A stretch of 64,000 bases of DNA from Octopus vulgaris (GCA_951406725.2 OX597831.1:48670001-48734000); one strand, 5' to 3'. Numbered from the stretch's first letter, positions 1-13,080 are shown. Numbers and translations are program-made. The notes: generated by a model from the sequence alone, not told the origin.

Positions 1-783
1 GGTGGAAATTTATATGCAGGATATCGGTTGATACTAAAGAGAGTATGGCACCATGTGGTGACCAAAGTACGATATTAATGTTCATTATTTTTTCGATCAA
101 CAAGTCCATGAATCCTTGTTTGCATTGGTTGTGCATCATACCACATAATCTATAATTAATATCCATATCCTGACATTTATGATGATAGCATGTAATAACA
201 TACAACATACTATATCATAAGACCATTCCATCACGCTTTCCTAACCCCTACCCCTAATACATTACACAATATATCATCTGTCAAATTATCATCTGCCATT
301 TGATATGATTATATAACTCATGATGTTCTTATAAGCAATATATTTGTACGTGTGGCTAACATCATTATTACAGCTATTATGACATGTACCGTGAGTTTAT
401 ATTTATATCGATCAGGTGGGAGGAAAGAACAATGGTCGTTTGGGGTTGTTTTGTGGTGATTTTTTTCATCTTCTCTTTTTCACTGTTTCTTTGCTATTTT
501 GATAGTTTCTTTTTTGTATTTTTGTTTTTGGGTTTTTTCATCAATAGTCTCATAATATCATTATGCTCATCTGTCATAATCATTCTTTGATGATGCTTGA
601 AAATAAAAATGGGATCAAGACCATCTATGAAAGACAAGGTAGGAATGAGGGTAAGCTGATTTATTTCGAGGGGAAAAAGAAAAAAAAGGAAAAGGGTAAA
701 AATGGAAGTTTTTTTTTGTGGTCATACAATACAACACTAGGACTTCTACTATGGCCCAAGCCAATCAATATATTGTGCGGGGA

Positions 784-1003
784 AGGCAGCAAGCTGGCAG
801 AAATGTTAGCACACCAGGCAGAATGCTTAGCAGTATTTCATCTCTCTTTACGTTCTGAGTTCAAATTCTGTTGCAGCTGACTTTGCCTTTCATCCTTTTC
901 GGGTTGATAAATTAAATACCAGTTGCATACTGGGGTCGATTTAATCAACTAGCCCCCTCCCCCAAAATTTCAGGCTTTGTGCCTAGAGTAGAAAAGAATA
1001 TAT
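784..1003 (+). mobile_element. SINE family B (tRNA-like head, Nin/Deu-like core)
   Basis: Head GCTGGCAGAAATGTTAGC...GAGTTCAAATTC (B box), core CTTTGCCTTTCATCCTTT...GATAAATTAA-TACCAG; multiple copies in window. Domain name is from recall. Confidence 0.85.
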
Positions 1004-1051
1004 TGTGAGTGGATTTGATTGGTGGAAAATGAAAGAAGACTATTGTGTGTG

Positions 1052-1119
<68 letters not shown>

Positions 1120-1239
1120 GTATGTATATATGTATGTATGTATATATATATGTATATATATATGTATATATCTTTCTGAAGAATTTTCTAATATTGATTT
1201 CCTGATATTAATAATATATATATTATATAAAATAGATAG

Positions 1240-1435
1240 AATGCCATGATAGATCCCTAGCCACTACACATTCTTTATTTTCTCTCCTTGTTTCTTTCAG
1301 CGTTCCTTTCTGTGGAAGAGCATAGGCTGGAAACGTAAAAGACTTTCTCAATTCCCGAGTGTTATACTAATACATCTGTTTGTTGTCTACATCACCTGTC
1401 TTCGTCTTTTGGGTTTTTTGTGTGAATTCTATCTA
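1240..1435 (+). mobile_element. ~190-bp TA-associated element with variant hammerhead-like motif (putative PLE pseudo-LTR)
   Basis: CTTT-CTGTGGA-A-GAGCataGGCTG-GAA-ACGT-A-AAAG at 1306-1341; ends in (TA)n; homologous to 31328, 40357, 57122. Confidence 0.65.
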
Positions 1436-1618
1436 TATATATATATATAATTCATAGAAGAATACAGTGTACATTCAAACACATAAGAGATGACCAATGA
1501 TAGGGCATCTAAATTTTTCCTTAGACCACTGGTAACAAAGAATTTTTCTATAAATATTTTTGCTACCCTAAGATTTTTTAATTAATAATAAAAGGTTATA
1601 TATATATATACATATATA

Positions 1619-2337
1619 AGTTCAGCAAAAATTTAGATTCAGATGAATATGGTACTTAAGTTAAAGGCACCAGAATTTGGTATAGTATTATCCATATAAA
1701 TCAAATGGGGTGATTATAATCAAAATAAGCAACAAGGATATCCAAAGGTAGTGTAGTACATTCGTTTCATGCTACTTCATTTAATTAAACAATGTAAGTA
1801 TTACATCAGTTTTAAAATGTAGAGCATTCTTCAGCCACATATGAAACTTTTAATTTTTTTAAAATTTAATTGATAATGTTCATTTTTATACTTATTCCAT
1901 TTGCCAACATTACAAAGAGGGTAGGTATATAGACAGAGAGGTGAGTTTCATCAATAAGAACATGGTAGTAGAAGATCTTTCCTCATGGGCAGATTTTTTA
2001 TCACTCAGTGATAAAAAATCTGCCCATGAGGAAGTGATAAAAAATCTGCCCATGAGGAAAGATCTTCTACTACCGTTTCTTATTGATGAAATTCACCTCT
2101 GTCTATATACCTACCCTCTTTGTAAAGTTGGCAAATGAAATAAGTATAAAAATGTAAATTGTCAATTAAATTTTTTTTTAAATAAAATAAAATAAATAAA
2201 AAAATTTTTTAAATTCCATATGTGGCTGAAGAATGCTCTATATTTTAAAACATGTAATACTTACATTGTTTAATTAAATGAAGTAACATGAAACGATTGT
2301 ACTACACTACCTTTGGATGTCCTTGTTGCTTATTTTG

Positions 2338-2342
<5 letters not shown>
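1619..2342. repeat. Fold-back insert between (TA)n tracts, ~290-bp diverged arms
   Basis: 1716-2005 is the reverse complement of ~2008-2342; GTGATAAAAAATCTGCCCATGAGGAA duplicated beside the axis; 1619-1715 unpaired. Confidence 0.9.
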
Positions 2343-2394
<52 letters not shown>

Positions 2395-2956
2395 TTGATA
2401 AGTGCCAACACATGAAACTCTCATACTTTGAATCACTCGATTGCTTCTGCTTAATATTTAGCCTCATCAAATGCTACAAGTACATTGATGTGCACCAGGC
2501 AGAATTGTTAGCACACCGGTGAAATGCTTAGCAGTATTTTTTCTGCCACTACATTCTGAGTTCAAATTCATGTTTTGGGGATCATGTATACTGGGGTCGA
2601 TGTAAGTGACTAGCCCCCTCCCACCATATTTCAGGTCTTTTGCCTATAGAAAAAAAGGATTTTACATGGAACTTGGGAAAGAGAGAGGAGGCAATGGCCA
2701 TAAAGGGGATGCCTGTATGTATGGATGGCTGTTGGCACATTTGATTTTTATGTTTGATATTCAGGTCATGAGGAACACATAAAAAATCATGTTTACAAAT
2801 GTTGAAATTTCCAGGCACATTGTATTCATGTGAAAAAAAAATGTTATTTTTTGCTTTATTTTTTAAGAATTTATTTTGAGAAAATTTTTAAAATCTTCTA
2901 TCATGGCTGTACCATCATTTTATGAAATACTCTTTCTTTCTTAGGAATTCCTTCAT

Positions 2957-2987
<31 letters not shown>

Positions 2988-3315
2988 TGTTTGTCATTGT
3001 AAGAAATTCCTGGTTTTTCCTTAATTGTAAAAAATTGATTGTTTTTTTTTCCTTCGTTATGAGAAATTAATTGGGTTGTTTTCATTTGAAGAAACTCATT
3101 GTTTTCTTCCCATTGCAAGAAAAACCTTTTCTTCATTTTTTTTTAATGCAAAAATGTTACTTTTGTTCTTTCTTTTTTTGTCATATTTTAATTTATGCCA
3201 GTATTTTTTGTACTGATTTTCTTAAACTTCATGTTTATTTTTTTGTAATCCCACACTCTATCGTCCTGTAACATTCCCTACGTTTTTGTCAACCCTTGAT
3301 GGTTAATAAAGAATA

Positions 3316-3357
<42 letters not shown>

Positions 3358-3381
3358 TGTTATTATTATTATTATTATTAT

Positions 3382-3413
<32 letters not shown>

Positions 3414-3844
3414 ATTCAAGAAATATTCTTATTTTGTTTAAAACCAGATTAAAAAATTTGTTTTTAATCCTCTCTCCTGCTATGGTTCCCATGTAATATT
3501 GCATGACGAAACCTCAACCCATCCCTATCATCCCACCACCACCACCACCACATCTCAACCCTACCATCGTCAATACTATCACCATTATTTTCATCATCAT
3601 AACCATCGTCGTCGTCATCGTCGTCGTCATCGTCACCGTCATCATCGTCGTCGTTGTCATTGTCATCATCTGTTTCATAAAGGGCTCAGATTGATTAGTC
3701 AATTTCCACCAAATCCTGTTTCCTCATCAAAGAAAATGGCTCACATGGAGCAAATCCTTTATCAAAGCAACCCCACCCCTCTACTATCACCACCTACCAT
3801 CACCATCGCCATCATAACTTATTCTCATTTTCTTTGATTTTCTA

Positions 3845-4842
3845 AGTGATATTCCTATCACCAGGGCAGCTGACCTCTATAATGGTGGTGTAGGAGCTCA
3901 CTTAGCCCCACCTGACTGAGGTTCAAAACTAAATTTACACCCATGCTGCCTGTCAGACTACTGTCTCATTCCATTGTGTTTTATCTCCATGGTGAGAAAT
4001 TAATGAGAAAAATCAGACCTTCTAGGACATTTGCAGCTCACTGAAGGGTCAGTACTTTGTTTTAGGTTTGACCTACTTCCTGGTCATACCCTATATAACT
4101 TGAGATCATCTCTCTGTCTCTCATTCTCTTCAGTTCCACTGGCTAGCAGAGAGCACACATCTCCATTCATGTCAGCTGTTAACCAGGCGTAATAACATCA
4201 GCTGAATGGAAAGGGACAACATAATCCTTACCCTTTCTTCAGGGCTGGATTTAGACCCATACTGGCCCTAAGCACTTAAAAGATTTTGGTGCTCCTATAT
4301 ATAAGTAATTCAAAATAAAACCTTGAAATAAAGTTGTAATTTTCAAGATGAAACAAGCCTAAGATGGAAAATAATGTTTATTTTTGTATACTTCCACTTT
4401 ATTTATACTTGAAAAGCTTTCTCTGTTTTAATTGCAATGTCTTTGATCAGATCCTCAAAATTAATCTCATGTAACATATCTGCTTCTAAACTTTATAGAG
4501 ATAAGGCATCCCAAATATGATTTTAGCAAGTTTAAAGTGATTTCTTTTGTGCTGTAAACCATTTACTATTTCTGTCATGCCCCCATACACCTGTCACTTG
4601 ATCCCCTAAGCACATGCTTATGGTTAATCCAGTGCTGCCTTTCTTCCTCTCTATCAGCAGAATGCACAACTTACTACCAACTACCAGCAAGCCACCAACA
4701 CATCGTTACTATTGTCAATTACAACTAACTATATTTTACTAACCACTGCCACCAAATAAATGTGTGAATATTATTCCTTTCCTCTTCAAAGTTATGTTGT
4801 TTCATCCCTACTTTGACCATCTACATATGGTGACCCTTCACA
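3845..4842 (+). mobile_element. Possible solo LTR interrupted by a hAT element
   Basis: Ends (A)GTGA...TCACA, flanks TCTA/TCTT, TATATAA at ~4092 followed by a CT-rich stretch, AATAAA at ~4755. Confidence 0.35.
4240..4637 (-). mobile_element. Internally deleted hAT transposon
   Basis: TIRs CAGGGCTGGATT / AATCCAGTGCTG; perfect 8-bp TSD CCTTTCTT (4232-4239, 4638-4645); minus-strand C-terminal remnant DALSL*SLEADMLHEINFEDLIKDIAIK. Confidence 0.9.
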
Positions 4843-4879
4843 TCTTACCTCTACATTTAGTGAACCTGAGGTACACTCA

Positions 4880-5105
4880 CATCTTATTTCTTTACTGCCC
4901 AAAGGGGGCTACACACAGAGGGGACAAACAAGGACAAACAAACGGATTAAGTCGATTAAATCGACTCCAGTGCATAACTGGTACTTATTTAATCGACCCC
5001 GAAAGGATGAAAAGCAAAGTTGACCTCAGCAGAATATGAACTCAGAATTTAAAGATGAACCAAGTGCCACTAAGCATTTTAACCAGCGTGCTAACAGTTC
5101 TGCCA
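4880..5105 (-). mobile_element. SINE family B, alternative 3' tail
   Basis: Same head and core as 784-1003; tail matches the 48632-48865 copy. Confidence 0.8.
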
Positions 5106-5344
5106 AAATGCAAAGTTTGGTATCACAGAACCAGCAGAAGTCTCATTACTACAATGGCCTCTCTTCTTTGGAGAGAATTTGAACTAAGAATGTAGCAGCA
5201 GACGAAATACCACTAAGCACTCACATCTGTCCATTACTGTACCTTCCTTTTTCTTGTCTGTCACAAATGAATGTATCTGGCCTGTTATGATTCACTTGAT
5301 AGAAACTCTGATGAGAATGTTCTACCAATATTAATTGCATTGAT

Positions 5345-5560
5345 AGGGTAGCAAGCTGACAGAACCATTAGCACGCTGGGCAAAATGCACAACAGCATTT
5401 CATCCTTCTGTACATTCTGAGTTCAAATTCTGTCACAGTTGACTTTGCCTTTCATTGATTCAGGGTTAATAAAATAAGTACCAGTTGACCACTGGGGATT
5501 GATGTAATCAACCTAGCCCCTACCCAGGATTGCTGATCTTGGGCCAAAATTTTCAACCAG
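5345..5560 (+). mobile_element. SINE family B
   Basis: Homology to 784-1003. Confidence 0.8.
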
Positions 5561-5587
5561 TAATAATTGCGTTGATGTTTATATATA

Positions 5588-5670
5588 TTCACTAACGGTG
5601 ATTCTCTTTTTTTATTCCAGGTATGTATGTTCTTTGACAAGTATGTAAACAGCCATGTAAGTAGGTAATT
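5588..5670 (+). promoter_or_regulatory. Candidate recursive splice site (AG|GT)
   Basis: Branch point CACTAAC 5590-5596, pyrimidine tract, CAG at 5620 abutting GTATGT; more donor-like sites at 5641, 5657, 5665. Confidence 0.45.
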
Positions 5671-5754
5671 TATTTCCATTCCTTGACTTCTTCATATAAA
5701 AATAGAGCTGGTTTCTAACAAAAAAAACAAAGGCGCATTCTTGGAATGATGATA

Positions 5755-6190
5755 TTCTTTTACTCTGTTATTCTTTTACTCTTTTACTCGTTTCAGTCAA
5801 TTGACTGTGGCCATGCTGGAGCACTGCTTTTAGTCGAGCAAATCGATGCCAGGACTTATTCTTTGTAAGCCTAGTACTTATTCTATCGGTCTCTTTTACT
5901 GAACCGCTAAGTGATGAGGACGTAAACACACCAGCATCGGTTGTCAAGCGATGTTGGGGGGACAAACACAAACACACAAACACATACATACACACACACA
6001 CACATATATATATATATACATATATACGATGGGCTTCTTTCAGTTTCCATCTACCAAATCCACTCACAAGGCTTTGGTCGGTCCAAGACTATAGTAGAAG
6101 ACACTTGCCCAAGGTGCCATGCAATGGAACTGAACCCGGAATCATGTGGTTGGTAAGTAAGCTACTTACCACACAACCACTCCTGCGCCT
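5755..6190 (-). mobile_element. SINE family A, full length (tRNA-like head, internal microsatellite, (AAAAGART)n tail)
   Basis: A/B-box-like TGGTTGTGTGG / GGTTCAGTTCC; core CCTTGGGCAAGTGTCTT; many copies in window. Confidence 0.9.
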
Positions 6191-7228
6191 GTTGAAAATA
6201 GTTTTACATGTTGAACTTTAGATAAGGCTTACACATTTAATCTTACATATTTTTACTATTTCCTTTAGAGAGTGTATTTTTAAAATGTATATTAGTGTGG
6301 CATTTTCTTTGAAAATTCTAGCATTTATTAACATACAGGAGTATGCCAATAATTATAAATTTAGATACGAATTTGTCACCTGGGTAGAGAATATATGTAA
6401 GGTCTGATCAAAAAGAATCAGGACTGGCACTCTAAAAAGAAAACTACAACACATATCAATTTGGCATTTAATTGGGAACTATGCAAAGGGTATGCATGTT
6501 TGTGGGATACTCAGCCACTTAATTTCATGAGCAAGCTAATCAGATCAACTAGAACGCTTATTGTCACAACTGACTGAGTCCTCGATGTATGCATGTGTTT
6601 ACATGTATGTGTGTATATGCATGTATATGTATGTGTGTATGCATGTATGTATGTGTATTACATTTTCGTGTGTGTATGAGATATATGTGTGTATGCATAT
6701 TAGTATCTATGTAATGTAATCTCAAACATCAAGAGTTAAGGGATTATACTAATCAAAACAAAGCGCAGACAATGCAATCAAGGAATTTGGGGTTAATTGT
6801 CTGGAAAACCCCAAACCAATCAAGTTTTCACTGAACCTTAAAACACTTGCTAACAATTTATCTGTAGCTTCATTCTTAAGTGGTCCCTTTTGGTTACTAA
6901 CGAGACAAAGAAGACCCAATTAAAAATAACTGAGTCTATCACACAACGATAATGCTCTCAGTGTCATTAACTTCATCCTCCTCCTTCTCCTCCTCCTCCT
7001 CCTCCTCCTCATCATCATCATCATCATCATCTTCGTCATAATCATCATCATCACTATTGTCACTGTTAATGTCCTTGATATCTACCAATGCAACTAAATG
7101 TATTGGGATGAGGAATACTGGTCATTGTGGTCACCATCATCATCATCATCATCATCATAAGACTTGCCACCACTTTCTGTCTTAGAAAGAAAAAAGGCCA
7201 ACATAAATGAATCAATGAATAAACAAAT

Positions 7229-7770
7229 AGGTGCAGGCATGGCGGTGTGATAAGAAGTTTTTCTTCCCAACCACATGGTTCTGGGTTTACTCCCATTGTG
7301 TGATACCTTAGGCAAGCATCTTCTACTGACCAAAGCCTTGTGAGTGGATCTAGTAGATGGAAACTGAAAGAAGACCATCATGTGACCTCGTGTGTACCGT
7401 TGGCGATTTTTTTTTCCTTTGTCTTCCCTTCTCTGGATCTTTCCTTCTCTGGATGTTTCCAACAAAGAGCTCCACTCGAAACGTTAAACCTGCCTTCTTC
7501 CCTTCTTTCCTGAGCGTCCAATAATACTATATTTGTTCCACGTCCTTGCGTTGTTGTTTTTTTTGTGTTTTCTTGTTTGGATTAACTATATATATATATA
7601 TATACATATATGCACATGCATACGTGTATATGTATATATATATATATATACATACTTATATATGTATGTGTGTGTATATATATATATACATACTTATATA
7701 TGTATGTGTATATATATATATATATATGTGTATGTGTGTATATGTCTGTGTGTGTGTATATGTATATGTG

Positions 7771-7863
<93 letters not shown>

Positions 7864-8085
7864 CTATGCATGTGTGCCCTTTTGTCTGTGTTTGTACTGC
7901 CATCACCACTTCACAACCGGTGTTGGTGAATTTACAGCCCCCATAACTTAGCAGTTCAGCAAAAGAGAATAAGTACTAGGCTTAAGAATAAGTCCTGGGG
8001 TCGATTTGTTCGACAAAAACCTTTCAAGGTGGTGCTCCAGCATGGCAACAGTCAAATGACTGAAACAAGTAAAAGAATAGAAGAA
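7229..8085 (+). mobile_element. SINE family A split by an insertion in its central microsatellite
   Basis: Head 7229-7390, tail 7880-8085. Confidence 0.85.
7398..7590 (+). mobile_element. TA-associated element with hammerhead-like motif (second subfamily)
   Basis: GTTT-CCAACAA-A-GAGCtccACTC-GAA-ACGT-T-AAAC 7455-7489; close to 51805-51997. Confidence 0.6.
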
Positions 8086-8268
8086 TATATATATATAAAA
8101 CAGGTAGATAGGGCAAATCCCCTTGAAGCACATGTGTCTGATGACTTTCTAGAAGAAAATTCCTTACATGAATATCTAACATGTAAATCTTTGTAATTCC
8201 TATTAGCAACCGAAACATGTATAGTGGAGAATAAATAAAACTGAAAAATGCCCATTTTCCTGTTTAGT

Positions 8269-8300
<32 letters not shown>

Positions 8301-8303
<3 letters not shown>

Positions 8304-8548
8304 AGGCGTGTGACTTAGTGGTTAGGGTATCTGCATCATGATCGTAAGATTGTGGTTTCGATTCCTGGACCGGGCGACGCGTTGTGTTCTTGAGCAAAAC
8401 ACTTCATTTCACATTGCTCCAGTCCACTCAGCTGGGAAAAAATGAGTAACGCTGCGATGGACTTGTGTCTCATGCAGCTGGGGAACATATACACCATAGA
8501 AACCAGGAACCCGGGCACATAGGCCTGGCTAGGCTTTAAAAGGGCGCT
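8301..8548 (+). mobile_element. SINE family C (tRNA-derived, CORE-like)
   Basis: TGACTTAGTGGTTAG...GTTTCGATTCC boxes; TTGAGCAAAACACTT core. Confidence 0.8.
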
Positions 8549-9284
8549 ATATATATATATGTGTGTGTGTGTGTCTTTGTGTATGTGTTTGTCCTCCAAC
8601 ACTGCTTGACAACCGGTGTTGGTGTGTTTATGTCTCTGTAATTTAGCAGTTTAGCAAAAATGTCTGATGAAATAAGAACTAAGTTTTACAAAAGAAATAA
8701 TAATAAAGTACTAGGGTTGATTCGTTTGGCTAAAATTCTTCAAGGTGATACCCCAGCATGGCCAGTCATGGTCTAATGATTGAAACAATGTATTGGATTG
8801 GGGTTGTTTTAGATATACAAAAGAACGTGAGACTATCACGGCTGGAATGTGAAAGATAATGAGCCTGTCTAATCATGACAGACATAACACTAATGAACCA
8901 CAACAACAGCAACAAACACCACCACCACCACCTCTACCCCATCCACACACCCCCACCCCCACCACTCCACCACCACTTCTACCACCACGACCACGACCAC
9001 CACCACTACCAATACCAGAACCACTGTTACTATCATCGTCATAATCATCTTCATCAGCATAATTGCGATCATCATCATCATCATGTACATTTTCATTAAT
9101 TATTTCTTAATTAGTATTGGATCAGGAATTCAGATTATGGAATGGACAAAAAAAAATTATTAAAAAATGCAAAAAAAAACCCAAAAAAAACAAAGCATCT
9201 GTTTGCGTTTTCTTATCTCATTTACTTGTGTTTGTTTGTGTATGTATGTTACGTTTATGTTTTGCCTTCATATATGTATGTGCT

Positions 9285-9329
<45 letters not shown>

Positions 9330-9448
9330 ATGCACATGTGTACTGCTTTATATCTTTTTCATTGCATTTGTGAATGAGATTAAGATATGTTCGCATGTCT
9401 ACAGTACAACATGTGTTTCTATGTTTATGCTTGTGTGTGTATATATGA

Positions 9449-9480
<32 letters not shown>

Positions 9481-9556
9481 CTGCTTGAATGAGTAAGTGT
9501 GTATGAATCCGAAAATGGATCGTGTATTTATATGTGTACGTATGGAACATGTATCG

Positions 9557-9587
<31 letters not shown>

Positions 9588-9992
9588 CATTAGCATCATC
9601 ATTTTAATCCATTTAATGTCACTTTTTCATGCTTGCATGGGTCAGAAGGAACTTATTGAAGGAGATTTTTCACAAACGGAAGTCCCACCTCCATCCTACT
9701 CACCAGCCCTCACTTGTTACCAAGTCAGTTGATAATTTCTCCATGGTCAAACATACTTTCATGAATTCCACCAGAGTCAACTTCGCCCTTCATCCTTTCG
9801 AGGTCGATAAATTAAGTACCAGTTGTGCTCTGGGGTCAATCTAATTTACTGGCCCCTCCCAAAAAATTTTGGGCCTTGTGCCTAGAGTAGAAAAGAAAAG
9901 AATATCTTTCATGCTCTTATTCATAGCTTTATCTACTTCAAGTCCCTCATAGTCTCTAAACAATTAAAAAAAAACTCTTATAATGTGAACAG

Positions 9993-10033
<41 letters not shown>

Positions 10034-10217
10034 AAATATAATAGGTGCAGGCATGGGTATATAGCAAGACGCTTGCTTCCAAACCACATGTTTCCTAGTT
10101 CAATCCTATTGTGTGGTACCTCAGACAAGTGTTTTCGTCTTCTACTATAGCCTCAGGCTGACCAAAGCCTTGGGAGTAGATTTCGTAGGCAGAAACAAAA
10201 ATACCATCCTATAAATA

Positions 10218-10267
<50 letters not shown>

Positions 10268-10489
10268 TATATATATATCATCACCATCATTATCATTTAG
10301 TGTCCGTTGTCTATGTTGGGATGGGATGGACTGTTTGACATGGGATAGTAAGCTGAGGGACTGTACCAGACTCCAGTCTGATTTGGCATGGTTTCTGCAC
10401 CTGGATGCCCTTCTTAATGCCAACCACTCTGAGAGTGGAATGGGTGCTTTAACATGCCACTAGCACAGATGCCAATAGCATGACACCAG

Positions 10490-10910
<421 letters not shown>

Positions 10911-11170
10911 TATATATTATTCATATTAAAGTTCATGATACATATATTAAAGTGCTAGTAATAGTTTCATATGCTGAGAAAACTCAAACATATTCTTCAC
11001 GTGCAAACCACATGTCCTAATTAACAAAAAAATTGAATAATAGAAGAAATGCTTTAATACATATATTGTGACATTTAATGAATAATATTTATCTCTCAGC
11101 AGATAGAGTATGTTTTTTGTTGAATTTTCTATCATGGATCAGTACATTATATATATATAAATATATATAT

Positions 11171-11242
<72 letters not shown>

Positions 11243-11255
11243 GTATGTATATATA

Positions 11256-13080
11256 TTTTAGTTTCAGCTGAAAGTTGTGGCCATGCTGGGGCACCACTGT
11301 TTTGCTACACTATTATTATTGAGAGTCTCCTCTAATATGTGGCATTTGGTGAATAAGGAAGTTTGATATCGCTACCCTCATTTGCACCTCTTGCCACAAG
11401 GTAGGTTCATCTGGGACTCTTGACAGGAAGAGGTCCAGTTTTGATTTGAAACACCTAAATCCACTTTGCATAGGTCCCTCAGGCTCTTTGGAAGAATATT
11501 AAAAGGCTGTGGGCCCCTAAAATCCAGGCTGTTGTAGTAACTGGTCCTGAAACACAATGGCATTGCTGAGATCTTTGGCACTGTGCTGTCTCGACCCATT
11601 CTGGCATTTGTGTAGCTTTCAATGCCAAAATTTGGCACAATTCCTTCCAGTATCTTCCCAATGTATATTACTGCATATCTCTCCCACTTCCACTCCAGGG
11701 AGTAGAGTCTTAGCTGTTTCAGCCTTTCCCAGTAGCTGAGCTGTTGCAAAGAGATGATCTTTGTGAAGCTTTATTGGATTGCTTCAAGGTCCGCTGTTAA
11801 TTTTACACTGTTGGGTGACCACAGCTGGGAGCAGTAATCCAGGTGACTGAGGACAAATGTCCTCCAGAGGACCATCATGGTTTCCTTCTCTCTGGTTCTG
11901 AACGTTCTCAGGATCCATCCAGCCAGTCGTTTGCACTTTGTCACCATCCTGGTAATGTGCACTTGGAAAGAGGTATCATCACTCCTGTCAATACCCAGTT
12001 CCCTCACTGATTTAGGCTCTGGGATTGTGATCCTCTGTGAACCAGTGTACCCTGTAAGTTTTATACTCAGTTTTGGATGCTGGTAGCACAGGGCTTCCTT
12101 TAGGCTGTATGTCTCTGGTTACTTTCGGCTCACACATAGACAGCTCTATTATGCTGTGATCTGAACTAATGTCGGAGTCACTTTCACATCGTGAACAATG
12201 TCCATATTGTTTGTGAAGCAGAGATCCAAAATGTTATTTGCTCTAGTTGGTCTGAGCACAACTTGCTCCATGATTAGGGTATTGGTGAGGTTGAGTAGGA
12301 ACTCCCCCTGTGATTGTTTGAAATGAGTCATTCCTGAGAGCATGAGGCCCTCGGGCCATCTCACATTGGAGAAGTTGAAATCACCCATAAGAAATACACT
12401 CATGTAGTGTTCTAGTTTCATGAGGATTTCTTTAATTCTTGTGAGGCAATCTTCAAACTTGCCTATGTGGTTTGGAGCATCCGGTGGGCAATATGTATTG
12501 CATATGACTATATTGTGTTGTCTTATGTATACAACTTGAGTGTCACATACTGAATTTGAGTATGACAGTAAGACCTGGGATATGAGGTCTTCACAGGTGT
12601 ATACGGCAACTCCACCATGTCTCCTTTCCCTTCTGTCTGTTTGCAGTATAGTATATTTTGGTACATGTACTTCTGCATCCTCTATATCAGGACTCAGATG
12701 AGTTTCCACAAGTGCAATGCATGGGGCTTGATTGCATGCAGCAAGGTCTCTCAGGAATAAAATTTTGCTTTTGTTGTTGTGATGCAACAGGCCTCCAATA
12801 TTTAGTAAAAATATTGGCATGACGATTGTACAGGCATTAGGGGAGGCCGTCCCATGTCTGTTGATTGTGGTGGTCTTGTGCGGTGGTGGGCAAGGTTCCT
12901 TGTTTGCACTTCATATAGCTAGGTCAGCTGCTGCACAATCTTTTGATGTACAAAGAAAACTCTTGCTTAGCAGCTGCCTTGCATATAACATCTGAAGAGC
13001 ACACTGCATTTGTATACTTTTTCTTTGGAGACAATTGATGCCTTTCCTCAGGGAAATTTTGGCAGGGTCTCAGGTAAACA
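11256..13080 (-). mobile_element. Internally deleted CR1-group LINE (APE endonuclease plus ORF2 C-terminus; RT core missing)
   Basis: 12149-12820: IALVETHL, GGVAVY, GDFNF...W, QVV.RPTR.NILDL..TN; 11378-12007: LDYCSQLWSP, SYWERLKQLRLYSLE. Confidence 0.9.

Noticed and set aside
240-258. Telomere-like CCTAAC/CCCTA
   Set aside because: Too short and irregular
2221-2260. CTGAAGA...AAAACATGTA hammerhead in palindrome arm
   Set aside because: G12 absent and stem I unpaired; at most a relic
5941-6156. Recurrent peptide IYQIHSQGFG...IVEDTCPRCH...EPCGW in many ORFs
   Set aside because: Antisense translation of SINE A, not a gene family
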